A DNA stretch of 64,000 nucleotides from Azolla caroliniana (Eukaryota; Plantae; Polypodiophyta). The stretch lies in the NCBI GenBank assembly GCA_043228905.1, contig JBHGNT010000002.1, positions 1,364,001 to 1,428,000 on the forward strand, given 5' to 3'. Both the position numbers and the translations under genes were made by a program. How positions within the stretch are numbered: position 1 is the first letter of the stretch; each line of letters starts with the position of its first letter. Under the pieces are notes generated by a model. It was not told the DNA's origin and did no database searches. It saw only the letters and a list, made by a program, of their open reading frames with translations. Of this stretch, positions 1 to 10,708 are shown piece after piece.

Positions 1-1039
1 GGATGGAGGTTCGGTTTACACACCTCGGGTGCTTCATTGAGGAAGAAGGACGTGTGATTGCGCAAGGGCGCAAAGACGGGAGGATGTTCATCCTCGATTC
101 CACTGACGGCGGCACCGCAATGTTCGCGAAGGGACAAAAATCCGAGTCAAACATCGACTTGTGGCACAAGCAGATAGGCCACGTCAACTACCAGCGGCTT
201 CAAGATCTGCAATCGAATCAGGTAGTGTTCGGATTGCCCAAATTTAGTGGCCGAAAGGCACAAATTTGTGAAGCCTTCCAACTCGGGAAGCAACACCGAC
301 TTCCTTTCCCCAACAAGCGAAACCGGAGCCGAAACAAGCTCGACCTTATACACTCCGATGTATGGGGGCCGGCACAAAACGTTAGTCTTGGCGGGAGCCG
401 ATATTGCGTCTCCTTCATCGACGACCACACGCGACACACGTGGATCTACCTCATTGAGAGGAATAGCGAAGTCTTCGACTGTTTCCGGGACCTCAAAGGG
501 TTCATGGAAACGGAAACGGGACGAAAGATCAAGTGCTTGCGGTCGGACGGCGGGAAAGAGTACTTTTCTGGTCAATTCAATGGTTGTCTACAACAAATGA
601 GAATTCGGCGCGAATTCAGTTGTAGATACACGCCGGAGCAGAACGGTGTCGTGAAGATCCGTCACTACGCACGGATCGTGAGGCGGAACCGCCGGGGTTC
701 TGGACAAGAAGGATTTAGAGTCGATACAAGCTTTGGCGAGAAAGTACTTAAGATAGATTGGGAAAGAGAGAAGATGAGATTACACGATTGAATTGATAAC
801 GAAATTCTTCTTCCTAATTTTCATAAAAAAAACTGTGTTTTTCTCCTCCCCCTTCCCTCTTTTATAGATGCTCTCATGCATATGATGCATGTGACGGTAT
901 AAGACATGCATAAATTGCATGTTTGCCATTTGGCGCTTAAGTATTACATGTGGTGCATGCTAACCATGCCACTCATTTTAGCACTCATGGATAAGAATTT
1001 ACATGTAAAAGTATAATGATAGAAATATAATTTCAACTA

Positions 1040-1112
1040 AATACCATGGCTTAATGGTAAGCCATTTGACTCCTAACTTGGAGGTGCAAGGTTCGAATCC
1101 ATACTTGCCCTC
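1040..1112 (+). pseudogene. tRNA-derived sequence (tRNA-Arg-like) with intact A and B boxes inside solo LTR E
   Basis: A box TGGCTTAATGG 1047-1057 with D stem (tg)gctt/aagc(ca); loop ct-CCT-aa; B box GGTTCGAATCC 1090-1100 at tRNA spacing; T-run about 1129-1133. Acceptor and anticodon stems do not pair well. Confidence 0.7.
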
Positions 1113-1151
1113 CTTGTATATGTATATATTTTTATATATTTATTTTATCTA

Positions 1152-1350
1152 GTCGCCGGTTCGCCGGATGCTGTCGCCGGATACCGGTGCCGCCGCTGGA
1201 TGCCGACGCCGGATGCCTGTGCCGCCGCTTGATGCCGGTGCCGACGCTGGATGCCAAGCCAGATACCGCCGCCGACGCCGGATACCGGTGCCGCATGTCG
1301 CCGCCGGATTGCCGTCGGATGCCGTCGGATCACCGGCTCCATCGCCGGTC
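1152..1350. repeat. GC-rich imperfect tandem repeats (cgccggatgc/cgccggatacc-like) in U3 of LTR E
   Basis: Repeated gccggatgcc/ggataccggtgccg motifs; they explain the spurious ORFs at 1145-1420. Confidence 0.8.
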
Positions 1351-4300
1351 CGGTTTTGGTTGGCCAAAACCCTTTTTTCGAGTAGCTAGCCACCTCCACT
1401 CTAAGTTCAAGTTACCTTGAACTCTCTATGCTCCACACATAAACACAAAGATAATATCTTTTGCTCCACCTTATATATGATGAGAGCTTTATTTGTCGTG
1501 CCTATGTGGGATATCTCACAATTTTCTCTTTTCTTTTCACAAACTTTATACCCTCATATCTTGACATTTAGTTGTCCATTTCTCGTGTAATAAAGTGCAT
1601 TCGAAACCTCCATCATTTTGTACTTAGATATTAAAAATGTTATCTTCACAATTATTGTATTACGTGATTCATACTCGATTTTGTACGTTTTATGGGATTT
1701 TCACACTATTGCCGAAAATCTTCACGACAACGGCGTGGCCGAGAGGAAGAATCGGTCAGTTGTGGAAGCGGCACGGGCAATGCTGGAGGAGAAGAGCTTG
1801 CCCAAGTTCTACTGGGCCGAGGCGGTAAGGACCGCGGTATACATCCAGAACCGGATCGGAGACAAAGTGTCGGCGCACGAACTATATTTCAGAACGAAGC
1901 CGAACTTGCAACACTTGAGGGTGTTCGGTAGCATTGCGTATGTGCATGTACTGAAGGAGAAAAGGAGGAAGTTGGACACAAAGGCCGAGAAATGCATCTT
2001 GGTCGGTTACTCGAACGAGCAGAAGGGTTATAAGTGCTATAACCCTCGCACCAAACAAGCGCGTGTTAGCCGTGACATCGTGGTTGACGAGTCCGCGTCC
2101 TGGTACTAGCCCCCGACTCCGAACCCCGACTCCAATCCGAGTTCTGACGATGAGGTCAGCAAGGCCGAGATGCCTCCGGATGAGCCCGAAATCGAGACCC
2201 GCCAAGAGAGTCTGATTTCACTCCGTTTAAGTGGACCGATTGGACGACTGTGTCGGTACGATCAGTCCGATGAAGAGCCGGCGAGTAGTGGAGACTCGGC
2301 CGTGCATTCCCCGCGCAGGAAGCCGAGGAGACGGCTTACGCACAAAGAGAAAGGGAAGAAGAAGGTGTCGGATTCCGGTACGGATAAGAACGAGTCAGAC
2401 CGACACGAGTCCGACTCCGAGGGAACCGGTGACGGGTCATTAAAGGTGAACTCCGCGTCGACCAAGAAGGCCTCGACATCGGCTAATGTGAGATTACGTC
2501 AATCTACCCGCCAGAAGAATCATGTTTTGCGGTTCAGATACAACGAGTACATGGCGCATCATTATGCGTACATGACCCGTGTAGCGGAAGTGCGTGAGCC
2601 GGAGAGCTACGCAGAAGCAGCTAAAGACGCGAATTGGCGTGCCGCGATGGAGGAAGAGATGCACGCATTGGCGGAGAACGAGACCTGGGACCTGGTTTAC
2701 GCACCAAGAGGGGTAAAACCAATCGGGTGTAGGTGGGTGTACAAGGTCAAATACAACACCAATGGCTCGGTCAACCGGTACAAGGCTCGGCTAGTGGCAA
2801 AGGGCTACACGCAGAAACACGGCATCGACTACGATGAGACGTTTGTGCCGGTCGCGAAAATGACGACCGTCCGTGTTTTGCTCGCAATAGCTACGGTGAA
2901 GGGGTGGCACTTACATCAGATGAATGTAAAGAATGCGTTCCTGCAAGGTAACCTTGAGGAACAAGTGTACATGATACAACCCCCTGGATTTCACTCTGGA
3001 ATGAACTCCTCGGCAATATGTCGACTGAAGAAGTCCCTTTACGGACTTATGCAAGCCTCGCGTGCTTGGAACGCGAAGATCACGCAACAACTGCGTCGGA
3101 TGGGCTTCGTCACATCAAAATCGGACTCTTCCCTGTTCATCCGGAAAGGTCGACTCGGACCGGTTAGTATTTTACTATATGTTGATGACTTGGTCATCAC
3201 CGGCGCCGACCTAGGTGAAATCGACTGTGTGAAGCTCCAGCTTGTGGCATCGTTCAACATGAAGGATCTGGGGGACCTTCGTTACTTCCTCGGGATCGAA
3301 GTGATCCGTACCCCCGACGGCATATTGATCAGCCAACGTCATTACGTGCTGAGTATGCTCTTAAAATTCGGGATGGCCGACTTAAAGTCCGTCTCGACTC
3401 CTCTGGACAGAACCGTCAAGCTTCGTCTCGATACGGGAAAGGTATGCGACCCAACGAGGTTCCAACAAATTGTCGGAAGCCTCATATACTTGACCATCAC
3501 CCGACCCGACCTCAATTATCCGGTCGGAGTGATCAGTCAGTTCATGGCGCAACCTACCGAGGAGCACCTTCAGTGTGTGCAACGCATACTTCGGTATGTC
3601 AACGGCACTAAGGATCGGGGACTGCTATATCAGACCGGTGCAGCCACGCAGCTAGTCGGCTACACCGATACTGATTGGGCTGGGAACGCCGCCGATCGTC
3701 GATCCACGTCCGGATATGCGTTCTCCCTCGGGAGTGCCACGATCGCGTGGAGCAGTAAGAAGCAACCGACAGTTGCACTGTCGAGCACCGAAGCTGAGTA
3801 CCGAGGAGCGGCTGTCGCGACATGCGAAGCCATATGGTTGAAGCGGCTACTTAAGGACCTGCAAGAGGAGGTGTCAGATCCGACGACGATCTACTACGAC
3901 AACCTCAGCAGCATCCAGCTCGCGAAAAACCCTATTTTTCACGCATGGACCAAGCACATTGAGGTGCACTACCATTTCGTCTGTGAGCGTGTCCTTTCCG
4001 GTGAAGTCGAACTTCAGTACGTTCCGACAGATCGGCAGACTACCGACATCTTCACCAAGCCTCTTGGTCTGGACAAGTTGCGGCAATTCTCAAGTGCGCT
4101 CGGATTGCGTCACCTCGACGTGCCAAACTTGAGCGGAGACCGCGACACCGAGTCGGTTGACTCAGTTGTTGAGTTTGACTTCGGATCGGCTGAAGAAGCC
4201 GAGGGCGGACCCGAGGAAAAGTCCGGAAGCGGACAGAAGGGGAGCAGCCGAAGGAGAGAGCCGAAGTCAACCACGCATGGGGAAGATGACGCCATCGAGG

Positions 4301-4765
4301 GCGAGAAAACCGAAGACAAGTTGGAGACAGCCAACTCGGACGAAAGCGAAAACCGATCAAAGGTAGCTGAGTCGGTTCGGATGTTTGATTCAGATACGCT
4401 GAATCAACCAAGGCCCAAGCGGAAGAAAAGGTAGCAGGAGAAGCGTCAACACCGCAACAGTAGAAGAGCTGATAAGGGCCACATGAGTAGACAAGCCGAC
4501 CGGAAGGGTCGAAGCGCGCGGAGTCGAACAGGTCATGGAGCATGAGCAAGGCGTGAAGCCAGGAGGAACCGAAGCTGTGAGCCCAAAGATCCCGAAGAGC
4601 CTCAAGTTGAGCTTGAGGGGGAGTGTTGAGAGACAAGCTCAACATCGGCCGGATCGGCTGAAGAAGCCGAGGACCGGATCGGTTGGGACCGATCGGTTAG
4701 GCCGACTGCGTAAACTGGTACGCAGACCGGTGCATAGGTAGGGCCAGATCGGTGCGTAAACCGGG

Positions 4766-5174
4766 TGTCAGAACCAAGGATAAAAGATAGAGTGATGGAA
4801 GAAGGATAGAGAAGAATGGATGTATAAGATAGAGAAAGAAAGAGAATGGATACAAGATATGTAATGAGAGCTAAAGACTGGTGTTGATTCGAATTGATTT
4901 GAGAATACATGTATGCGCTTATTTATAGGTTCCTATAGAATAGCTTAGAGATTTCTAGAATGTTCTAGAATGTTCTAGACCTAGAATGCTCTAGGACCTT
5001 CTAGAACATTCTAGAATAATCTAGAGTTTTTACAATAATCAATGTAATACAAGAAGTAGCTTTTATTGTTTCATATAACAATAAGCTATCTTAATGGTTG
5101 AGGTTTTCAAGTATGAATTACAAGGTTCGAGGTTCAAGTCCAGGTGACGCCATAATGGTCATGTGTTCATGACA
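4766..5174 (-). repeat. 3' LTR of F (409 bp)
   Basis: TGTCA...TGACA termini; ttctagaa repeats; minus-strand TATA ctataaat 4921-4928. Confidence 0.93.
5082..5153 (+). pseudogene. Degenerate tRNA-like A/B-box module in U3 of F (second copy about 10301-10372)
   Basis: A-box-like TATCTTAATGG 5087-5097 with a D-arm-like stem; B box GGTTCAAGTCC 5131-5141; 44-nt start-to-start spacing. Confidence 0.55.
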
Positions 5175-8100
5175 CTATCCCTCCTTCGAGAACGTTGAGT
5201 GGAAGTCGGCGTTAACATTGTTGGGCCGGGCTTGTTTGGATAGTGACGATGGAAGTCGTTGACCAGAGCTTCAGCATTACAAACGTTATCGATGGGTTCC
5301 CAAGTGCGATCACTCGGAGGATAACCAAGCCAATCAACTAGATAATAAAGCTTATTGCGCACAATCTTAGAATCGAGAATAGCAGCTACCTTGTATTCGG
5401 GGCCGTCCACAAGTTGTACAGAAGGCGGTGGTGGCACGACACGATCAGGAATTAAAGAGGTGTGGCAAGGTTCCAAAAGAGAGCTATGAAAGACAGGGTG
5501 AAGCCGCATATGTGCAGGAAGGTGAAGACGAAATGTTGCATCATTAATCTGCGTCGTGATGACAAAAGGACCTAAGCGTTGATAGTCAAGCTTAGCACAC
5601 GGTCGGGTAGTCTTCATGTGACGACGAAGCAACCATACACGGTCACCAACCTTAAACGGAGACTTAAGACGATGTCGATCGGCATTGGTCTTATGGTGTG
5701 CTTGCGCTTTCTGAAGATGTGACGATAACTCGAACTGGATTTGTTGTAGTCGGTGGAGGTGATGCGCCGCACTAGGGTTTCGTGACACCTCGGGAAGATC
5801 CAGTATACACCATCGAGGGTGGTTGCCGGTGTAGGCAAAGAAAGGTGTAACTTTGGTAGAAGAGTGGACCGTGTTGTTGTATGCAAACTCAGCAAGATGT
5901 AAAATTTTACTCCAATCATCTTGTTGATAACTAATGAAACATCGAAGATATTGCTCGAGCATCTGATTTGTGCGCTCTGTTTGTCCGTCAGTTTGTGGAT
6001 GATAAGCCGAAGAGAGTTTGCAAGAGATTTTGAGGCCTACCCATAGGTGCTTCCAAAAGTGTGAGATAAATTGAGGACCTCGATCGCTAATAATATCATT
6101 CGGGAGACCATGATGGCGAAACACTTCACGCATAATGAGATCTGCAGTTTCTTCACTATTGATGGTCTTTACACATGGTACAAAATGTGCCATCTTGGTG
6201 AACCGATCCACTACTGTTAAAATAGTATCAAAGCCTTTGGAAGGTGGCAGATCCGTAATGAAATCCATAGAAATAGACTGCCATGGCTTGTTGGGAGGGG
6301 GTAATGGTTGTAGTAAGCCATAAGGGTGATGCCGGGGTATTTTGGCGCGACAGCAGGTGTCACAAGTGCGAACATAATCTTCGACAAATTTTTGCAAGTG
6401 AGGCCACCAAAACGAACGTTTCACCAGCTCAATGGTCTTGGAAATACCAAAATGTCCAGCCATGGGGGCATCATGACAATGTTCCAACACTTGAAGTCGG
6501 GGTGATCCGTCGGGGACGTAAAGGAGATTCTTGTAGAAGAGTAAACCATCTTGCCACTTGAAGTCCTAATAATGTTGAGATGACCCTGGCAATGTGGAGC
6601 AAGATGGACGACTTGAACCACAGTGGGCAAAATCATCCGAATGAAGTTGTTGCCGAATAGTGTCAAGAAGGGTAGAATCAAGTGGTGTGGCATAAATTGT
6701 TGTTACCTGTAGCTTTGATGGCCCGAGGAGAGTTTGCTTTTGATTGTCAAAGGCCGGATCTCCAGGTCGAAGTGCTAGATACGAACGCCAAGACAGAGCA
6801 TCTGCTTTCCCTTGTTGTTTTCCGGGGCGAAAAATGATCTTGAAATCGAAACGCGTTAGAAATTGGGCCCACCGAGCTTGTCGTCTATTTAATACTCGAG
6901 CTGTTTGAAAATATGTGAGATTTTTGTGATCACTATAAATGATAATCTGATGAGGTGATCCTTCTAGAAAATGACACCATTGCTCGAATGAGTCGACCAC
7001 AGCTAGTAACTCCTTGTCATGCACCTCATAGTTTATCTCCGAAACAGTAAACTTTCTCGAGTGAAACGCGACTGGATGTATCTGCCCGTCCTCGCCTGGT
7101 TGCGATAGGATACTCCCCAATGCAAAGTCTAATGCATCCGCCTCAATAGTAAATGGCTTTGCAGGATCAATATGTGCTAGGATGGGTGCTGATGTGAATG
7201 CCTCTTTTAGCTGCGTAAAAGCCTTGTCCGCTTCGATACTCCAAAAAAAATGCTTGATTTTTCTTGGTGAGTTGAGTAAGGGGCAACACAATGCTTGAAT
7301 AATTATGTATGAATTTGCGATAGAAGTTCGCAAATCCGAGGAAACACTGGACATCCCGAACTGAGCATGGGGGTTTCCATTCCAATATTGTTTGGACTTT
7401 TGCCGGGTCCATGAAAACACCCTGGGATGAAATAGTGTATCCCAAAAATTCGACTTGTTTGCAATCAAAACTGCATTTCTCAAGTTTGGCGTAAAGACCA
7501 TACTTCCTTAGGCATTCAAGTACTTGCCGCACATGTATATCATGCTCCCCCTGTGTTTTAGAGTAAATCAATAGATCATCTAGGTAGATGATTAAAAAAA
7601 TATCCAAGAAATCCCGGAAGATGTCATTTGCCATATGTTGGAATACGGCAGGTGCATTTGTGAGCCCGAAAGGCATGACTGTATACTCGAAATGACCATA
7701 CCGAGTACGAAATGTTGTTTTCCACTCATCTCCCGGCCGAATTCGAACAAGATTATATGCACCCCTTAGATCAATTTTGGTAAAATGCTTTGCCCCACCA
7801 ATGCGTTCTAAGAGATTGGAGATTAAAGGTAAAGCATACCTATTCCTTATGGTGACTTTATTTAAGCCTCGATAGTCCACGACCAAACAAAGGGAGCCGT
7901 CCTTTTTCTTCACAAAAAAGATAGGAGCACCAGCTGGAGACTTTGAATGTCGAATAAACCCATGTGCAAGATTTTCCTCGATGTATTCTCGAAGAACCTC
8001 AAGCTCAGTGGGTGATAAATTGTAAATCGGACCCCACAGAGGCTCTTTTCCTGGTTGGAGATCAATAGGACAGTCGTACGGCTGATGCTTTGGAAGAACA

Positions 8101-8774
8101 CTAGCTTTGACTTTGTCGAAAACATCAGCATAGTCTTGATATTTTTTGGGAATTTGGATGTCTGAATTCCCTTGAGTGACACTAGAAGGTGTTACTGATA
8201 CTGCAAATAAGAAAAGGTCCTCCTTGCCTCCCACTTGGTGCAATTGTTGCAATGTGATGGCTGAAATTTGATGAGAAGGATATGGTGCATCGGTAGAACT
8301 ATATACTTTGGGAGGATAATCCCGAGTTCGATCCTTGACAATGATTTTTTCTGCTAAAGGGCACCTAATTTCTCGCTTCCTCCAATCGATTCTAGGGTTA
8401 TGTAGCTCGAACCATGGCAAACCGAGGACAATTGGATGCTCAGGACTACGGATTATGTTAAAGGAAACTACACATCCTAAATCACCCAAGAGTATGTGTA
8501 TTGGCTCAGACTCTTCAAATATCTTCCCGGAAGCTATGGGGCGTCCATCAATCACTACTACGGAAACTGGACAAGGAAGTGTATGCAAGGATATTTGGTG
8601 TTTTTGGGCAAAATCTCTATCCATGAAACAAGAATTGGCTCCAGTATCTAAGAGGGCTTGGACTTGAAGTTGACAACTGGGTGTCCTAACTTGTACTAGG
8701 GCTGAGAAGACTCTACTAACATGCTTGGAAGAAATGGAACCCACACTAGGTTGTACATATCTAGGGTTGTCCAA
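5159..8774 (-). pseudogene. pol of F: protease, RT, RNase H, integrase, chromodomain; two frameshifts
   Basis: LLDTGA; IYLDDLL; EADALDFALG and DHKNL; H-H-C-C zinc finger, SMDFIT, ISDRGPQF, GQTERTN, GPF; chromodomain YLVDWLGYPPSDRTWEP. Frameshifts at the A8 run near 7243-7250 and near 6570-6640. pol lies in the -1 frame relative to gag. Confidence 0.93.
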
Positions 8775-8800
8775 CCAAATGGCTCCTATTTTGGCCGGAC

Positions 8801-9964
8801 TTATTCGTTTGACTCCTCTTCTAATTGGCTTAGGACTTCAAATTTATTGGACAAGGGTGGATTATTCATAATATTAGATTCACTAACTACTTCTAAAATG
8901 TTGGACTCATTTTTATTGTCATAGTGAATTTGATTTACCTGACGTCTCGGCCTACGGGAGCAATGAATGGCTATATGTCCTGGACCTCCACAATATAAGC
9001 ACAGATGGTTTGCTCGACGACGTTGCTTCTCTTCGTCTGACAACGGTCCTCGTCGTTGAGTCATATCGATCTCCATGGGTGTAGGACTATCCATTGGGAC
9101 TGGACTACGTGTTTGCCTTGGAGTTTGAGCAGAGCTATACATTTGCCTTGGGGATGATTGCGTCGTTACTGATGCATAAGTTGGTGTGAATCTAGATCTT
9201 GTTATTTGTTGTTGTCGCTCACATCGACGCTCAAAAAGGCGATTATCACACCGTATTGCTCGACTAATAGCTTCTGTAAGTGACCTTGGATCCTCGGGGA
9301 AGGTAAGAAGTAAGTCTTTGACATCACTACGAAGACCTGAACGGAATTGCTCCATTAGGGCTTGTTCATCCCAAGGAATATCGCTTGCGATGAGACGGAA
9401 ATTGGCAGCATATGTTGAAGCTGGTTGATCACCTTGACGAAGTGTACGAATCTTGTTGATAGCTGTTCTCGCCCCATCAATATCTCCGAAACAAGCCTTA
9501 AATTCCTTGATAAATTCCTCGAAATTATTCAGTAGAGGAGAATTGGTCTCTAGCAATGGAGCAAACCACGACAACGCTATGCCAGTCAATAAAGTGCCCA
9601 CTAGCCCGACTCGTGATGCATCTGTTGGATAACGTGCGGGATGCATTTGAATCACCAACCGTACTTGATTCAAAAAACCTCGGAAATGCGCCCTCGACCC
9701 ATCAAATTTAGCTGGGAGGCTAATTTTGGGCTCCTTGATAAGTCCCTGACCTTCAACCCTTTGTTGTTGTAACACGACGATTGTCGACTCTAACTGTTGC
9801 ACTCGTCGCGTGAACTCCTCTTGTCGTTGTTGCTTCTCTATAGTAACCTTTTGTAGATCCCCAAGTAGACGTTGATTCTCTACTTCAAGAGATGCGAACT
9901 TGGATTTAAGGTTCTCCATTTCTGCAACAAGGGTGAGATATTCTTCTGAGTTAATGGCGGCCAT
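8801..9964 (-). CDS. gag of F (387 aa, intact ORF)
   Basis: N-terminal coiled coil, PAKFDG, LRQG major-homology-like region, PMEID, zinc knuckle CLYCGGPGHIAIHC. Confidence 0.92.
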   Translation of the reverse strand: MAAINSEEYLTLVAEMENLKSKFASLEVENQRLLGDLQKVTIEKQQRQEEFTRRVQQLESTIVVLQQQRVEGQGLIKEPKISLPAKFDGSRAHFRGFLNQVRLVIQMHPARYPTDASRVGLVGTLLTGIALSWFAPLLETNSPLLNNFEEFIKEFKACFGDIDGARTAINKIRTLRQGDQPASTYAANFRLIASDIPWDEQALMEQFRSGLRSDVKDLLLTFPEDPRSLTEAISRAIRCDNRLFERRCERQQQITRSRFTPTYASVTTQSSPRQMYSSAQTPRQTRSPVPMDSPTPMEIDMTQRRGPLSDEEKQRRRANHLCLYCGGPGHIAIHCSRRPRRQVNQIHYDNKNESNILEVVSESNIMNNPPLSNKFEVLSQLEEESNE

Positions 9965-9986
9965 GGTTTCAGAATGGTTACAAAGG

Positions 9987-10393
9987 AGTCTTTAGCTCTC
10001 ATTACATATCTTGTATCCATTCTCTTTCTTTCTCTATCTTATACATCCATTCTTCTCTATCCTTCTTCCATCACTCTATCTTTTATCCTTGGTTCTGACA
10101 GTTTGATTCGAATTGATTTGAGAATACATGTATGCGCTTATTTATAGGTTCCTATAGAATAGCTTAGAGATTTCTAGAATGTTCTAGAATGTTCTAGACC
10201 TAGAATGCTCTAGGACATTCTAGAACATTCTAGAATAATCTAGAGTTTTTACAATAATCAATGTAATACAAGAAGTAGCTTTTATTGTTTCATATAACAA
10301 TAAGCTATCTTAATGGTTGAGGTTTTCAAGTATGAATTACAAGGTTCGAGGTTCAAGTCCAGGTAACGCCATAATGGTCATGTGGTCATGACA
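9987..10393 (-). repeat. 5' LTR of F with inverted R/U5 segment
   Basis: 10103-10393 is a direct copy of 4884-5174; 9987-10100 is the exact reverse complement of 4766-4879. Confidence 0.92.
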
Positions 10394-10708
10394 CCGGGAG
10401 GCCGTTAGGAAAGATATTCCGTGAGGAATATATTTGGGAGTTAGTGTAGGAGCTCTTAATGAGCATTGAAGTACTGTCAGTACTTCTGTCAGTCCTGTAT
10501 AAAAGTGTTCATTGAACACACATATGTATAGAGTGAAAATAGAGATTGAGTTTTTTTGTTGAATACAGTTCTTGTGTTTTCTCTCTCTCACTCTCTCACT
10601 CTCTCTGTCTCTCCCGCGTATACTGCGTAAGCTCAAGCTCTCCATTAAACCTGAGGTTTCTTCCTTCTGTTCGGTCTTCATACTTGCTTCCGCACGTTAC
10701 TTTTTACA

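Larger units (their letters stand above)
647..1729 (-). mobile_element. Solo LTR E (Gypsy-type, same terminus as LTR of element D)
   Basis: 12-bp inverted ends TGTCGTGAAGAT...ATCTTCACGACA; ACGG duplicated at 643-646 and 1730-1733; removing it restores the integrase frame. Minus-strand start TGTCGTGAAGATTTTCG equals the D LTR start at 12153. Minus-strand TATA ctataaaa at about 860-867. Confidence 0.85.
3..4434 (+). pseudogene. Copia pol of element A (integrase, RT, RNase H), disrupted
   Basis: LWHKQIGH, HSDVWGP, RSDGGKEY; EQNG|VAERKNR split by the 647-1729 insertion; in-frame TAG at 2107-2109; RT YKARLVAKGY and LLYVDDL; RNase H YTDTDWAG and TKHIEVHYHF. Confidence 0.93.
4766..10393 (-). mobile_element. 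Ty3/Gypsy chromovirus F (Tcn1/Tf1-like), near full-length, 5-bp TSD CCGGG
   Basis: TG...CA ends; TSD at 4761-4765 and 10394-10398; PPT (gaaggagggatag on -) at 5175-5187; gag, protease, RT, RNase H, integrase, chromodomain in Gypsy order. The 291-bp directly repeated LTR part differs at 3 positions by my comparison. Confidence 0.95.
1..10708 (+). mobile_element. Ty1/Copia LTR retrotransposon A (5' part outside window), interrupted by solo LTR E (647-1729) and Gypsy F (4766-10393)
   Basis: Domain order GAG-pre-integrase, integrase, RT, RNase H. PPT ttgagggggag directly before LTR start TGTTGAG at 4624. LTR resumes after the second CCGGG (10394-10398) and ends about 10708 (...cttccgcacgttactttttaca), resembling the end of relative H's LTR. 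Confidence 0.9.
4624..10708 (+). repeat. 3' LTR of Copia A, split into 4624-4765 and 10399-10708 by element F
   Basis: TGTTGAG start after PPT; CCGGG TSD around F; TATA tgtataaaa about 10496-10504; similar to H LTR (gatcggctgaagaagcc motif). Confidence 0.8.

Noticed and set aside
1040-1112. Functional tRNA gene
   Set aside because: Acceptor and anticodon stems do not pair; kept only as a tRNA-derived module.
647-1729. MITE/DNA transposon reading of element E because of 12-bp TIRs
   Set aside because: TG...CA ends, TATA context and terminus shared with the PPT-preceded LTR at 12153 fit a solo LTR better.
8774-8860. Canonical -1 slippery heptamer between gag and pol of F
   Set aside because: pol is in the -1 frame, but only G TCA AAC is visible, which is not a clean X XXY YYZ site.
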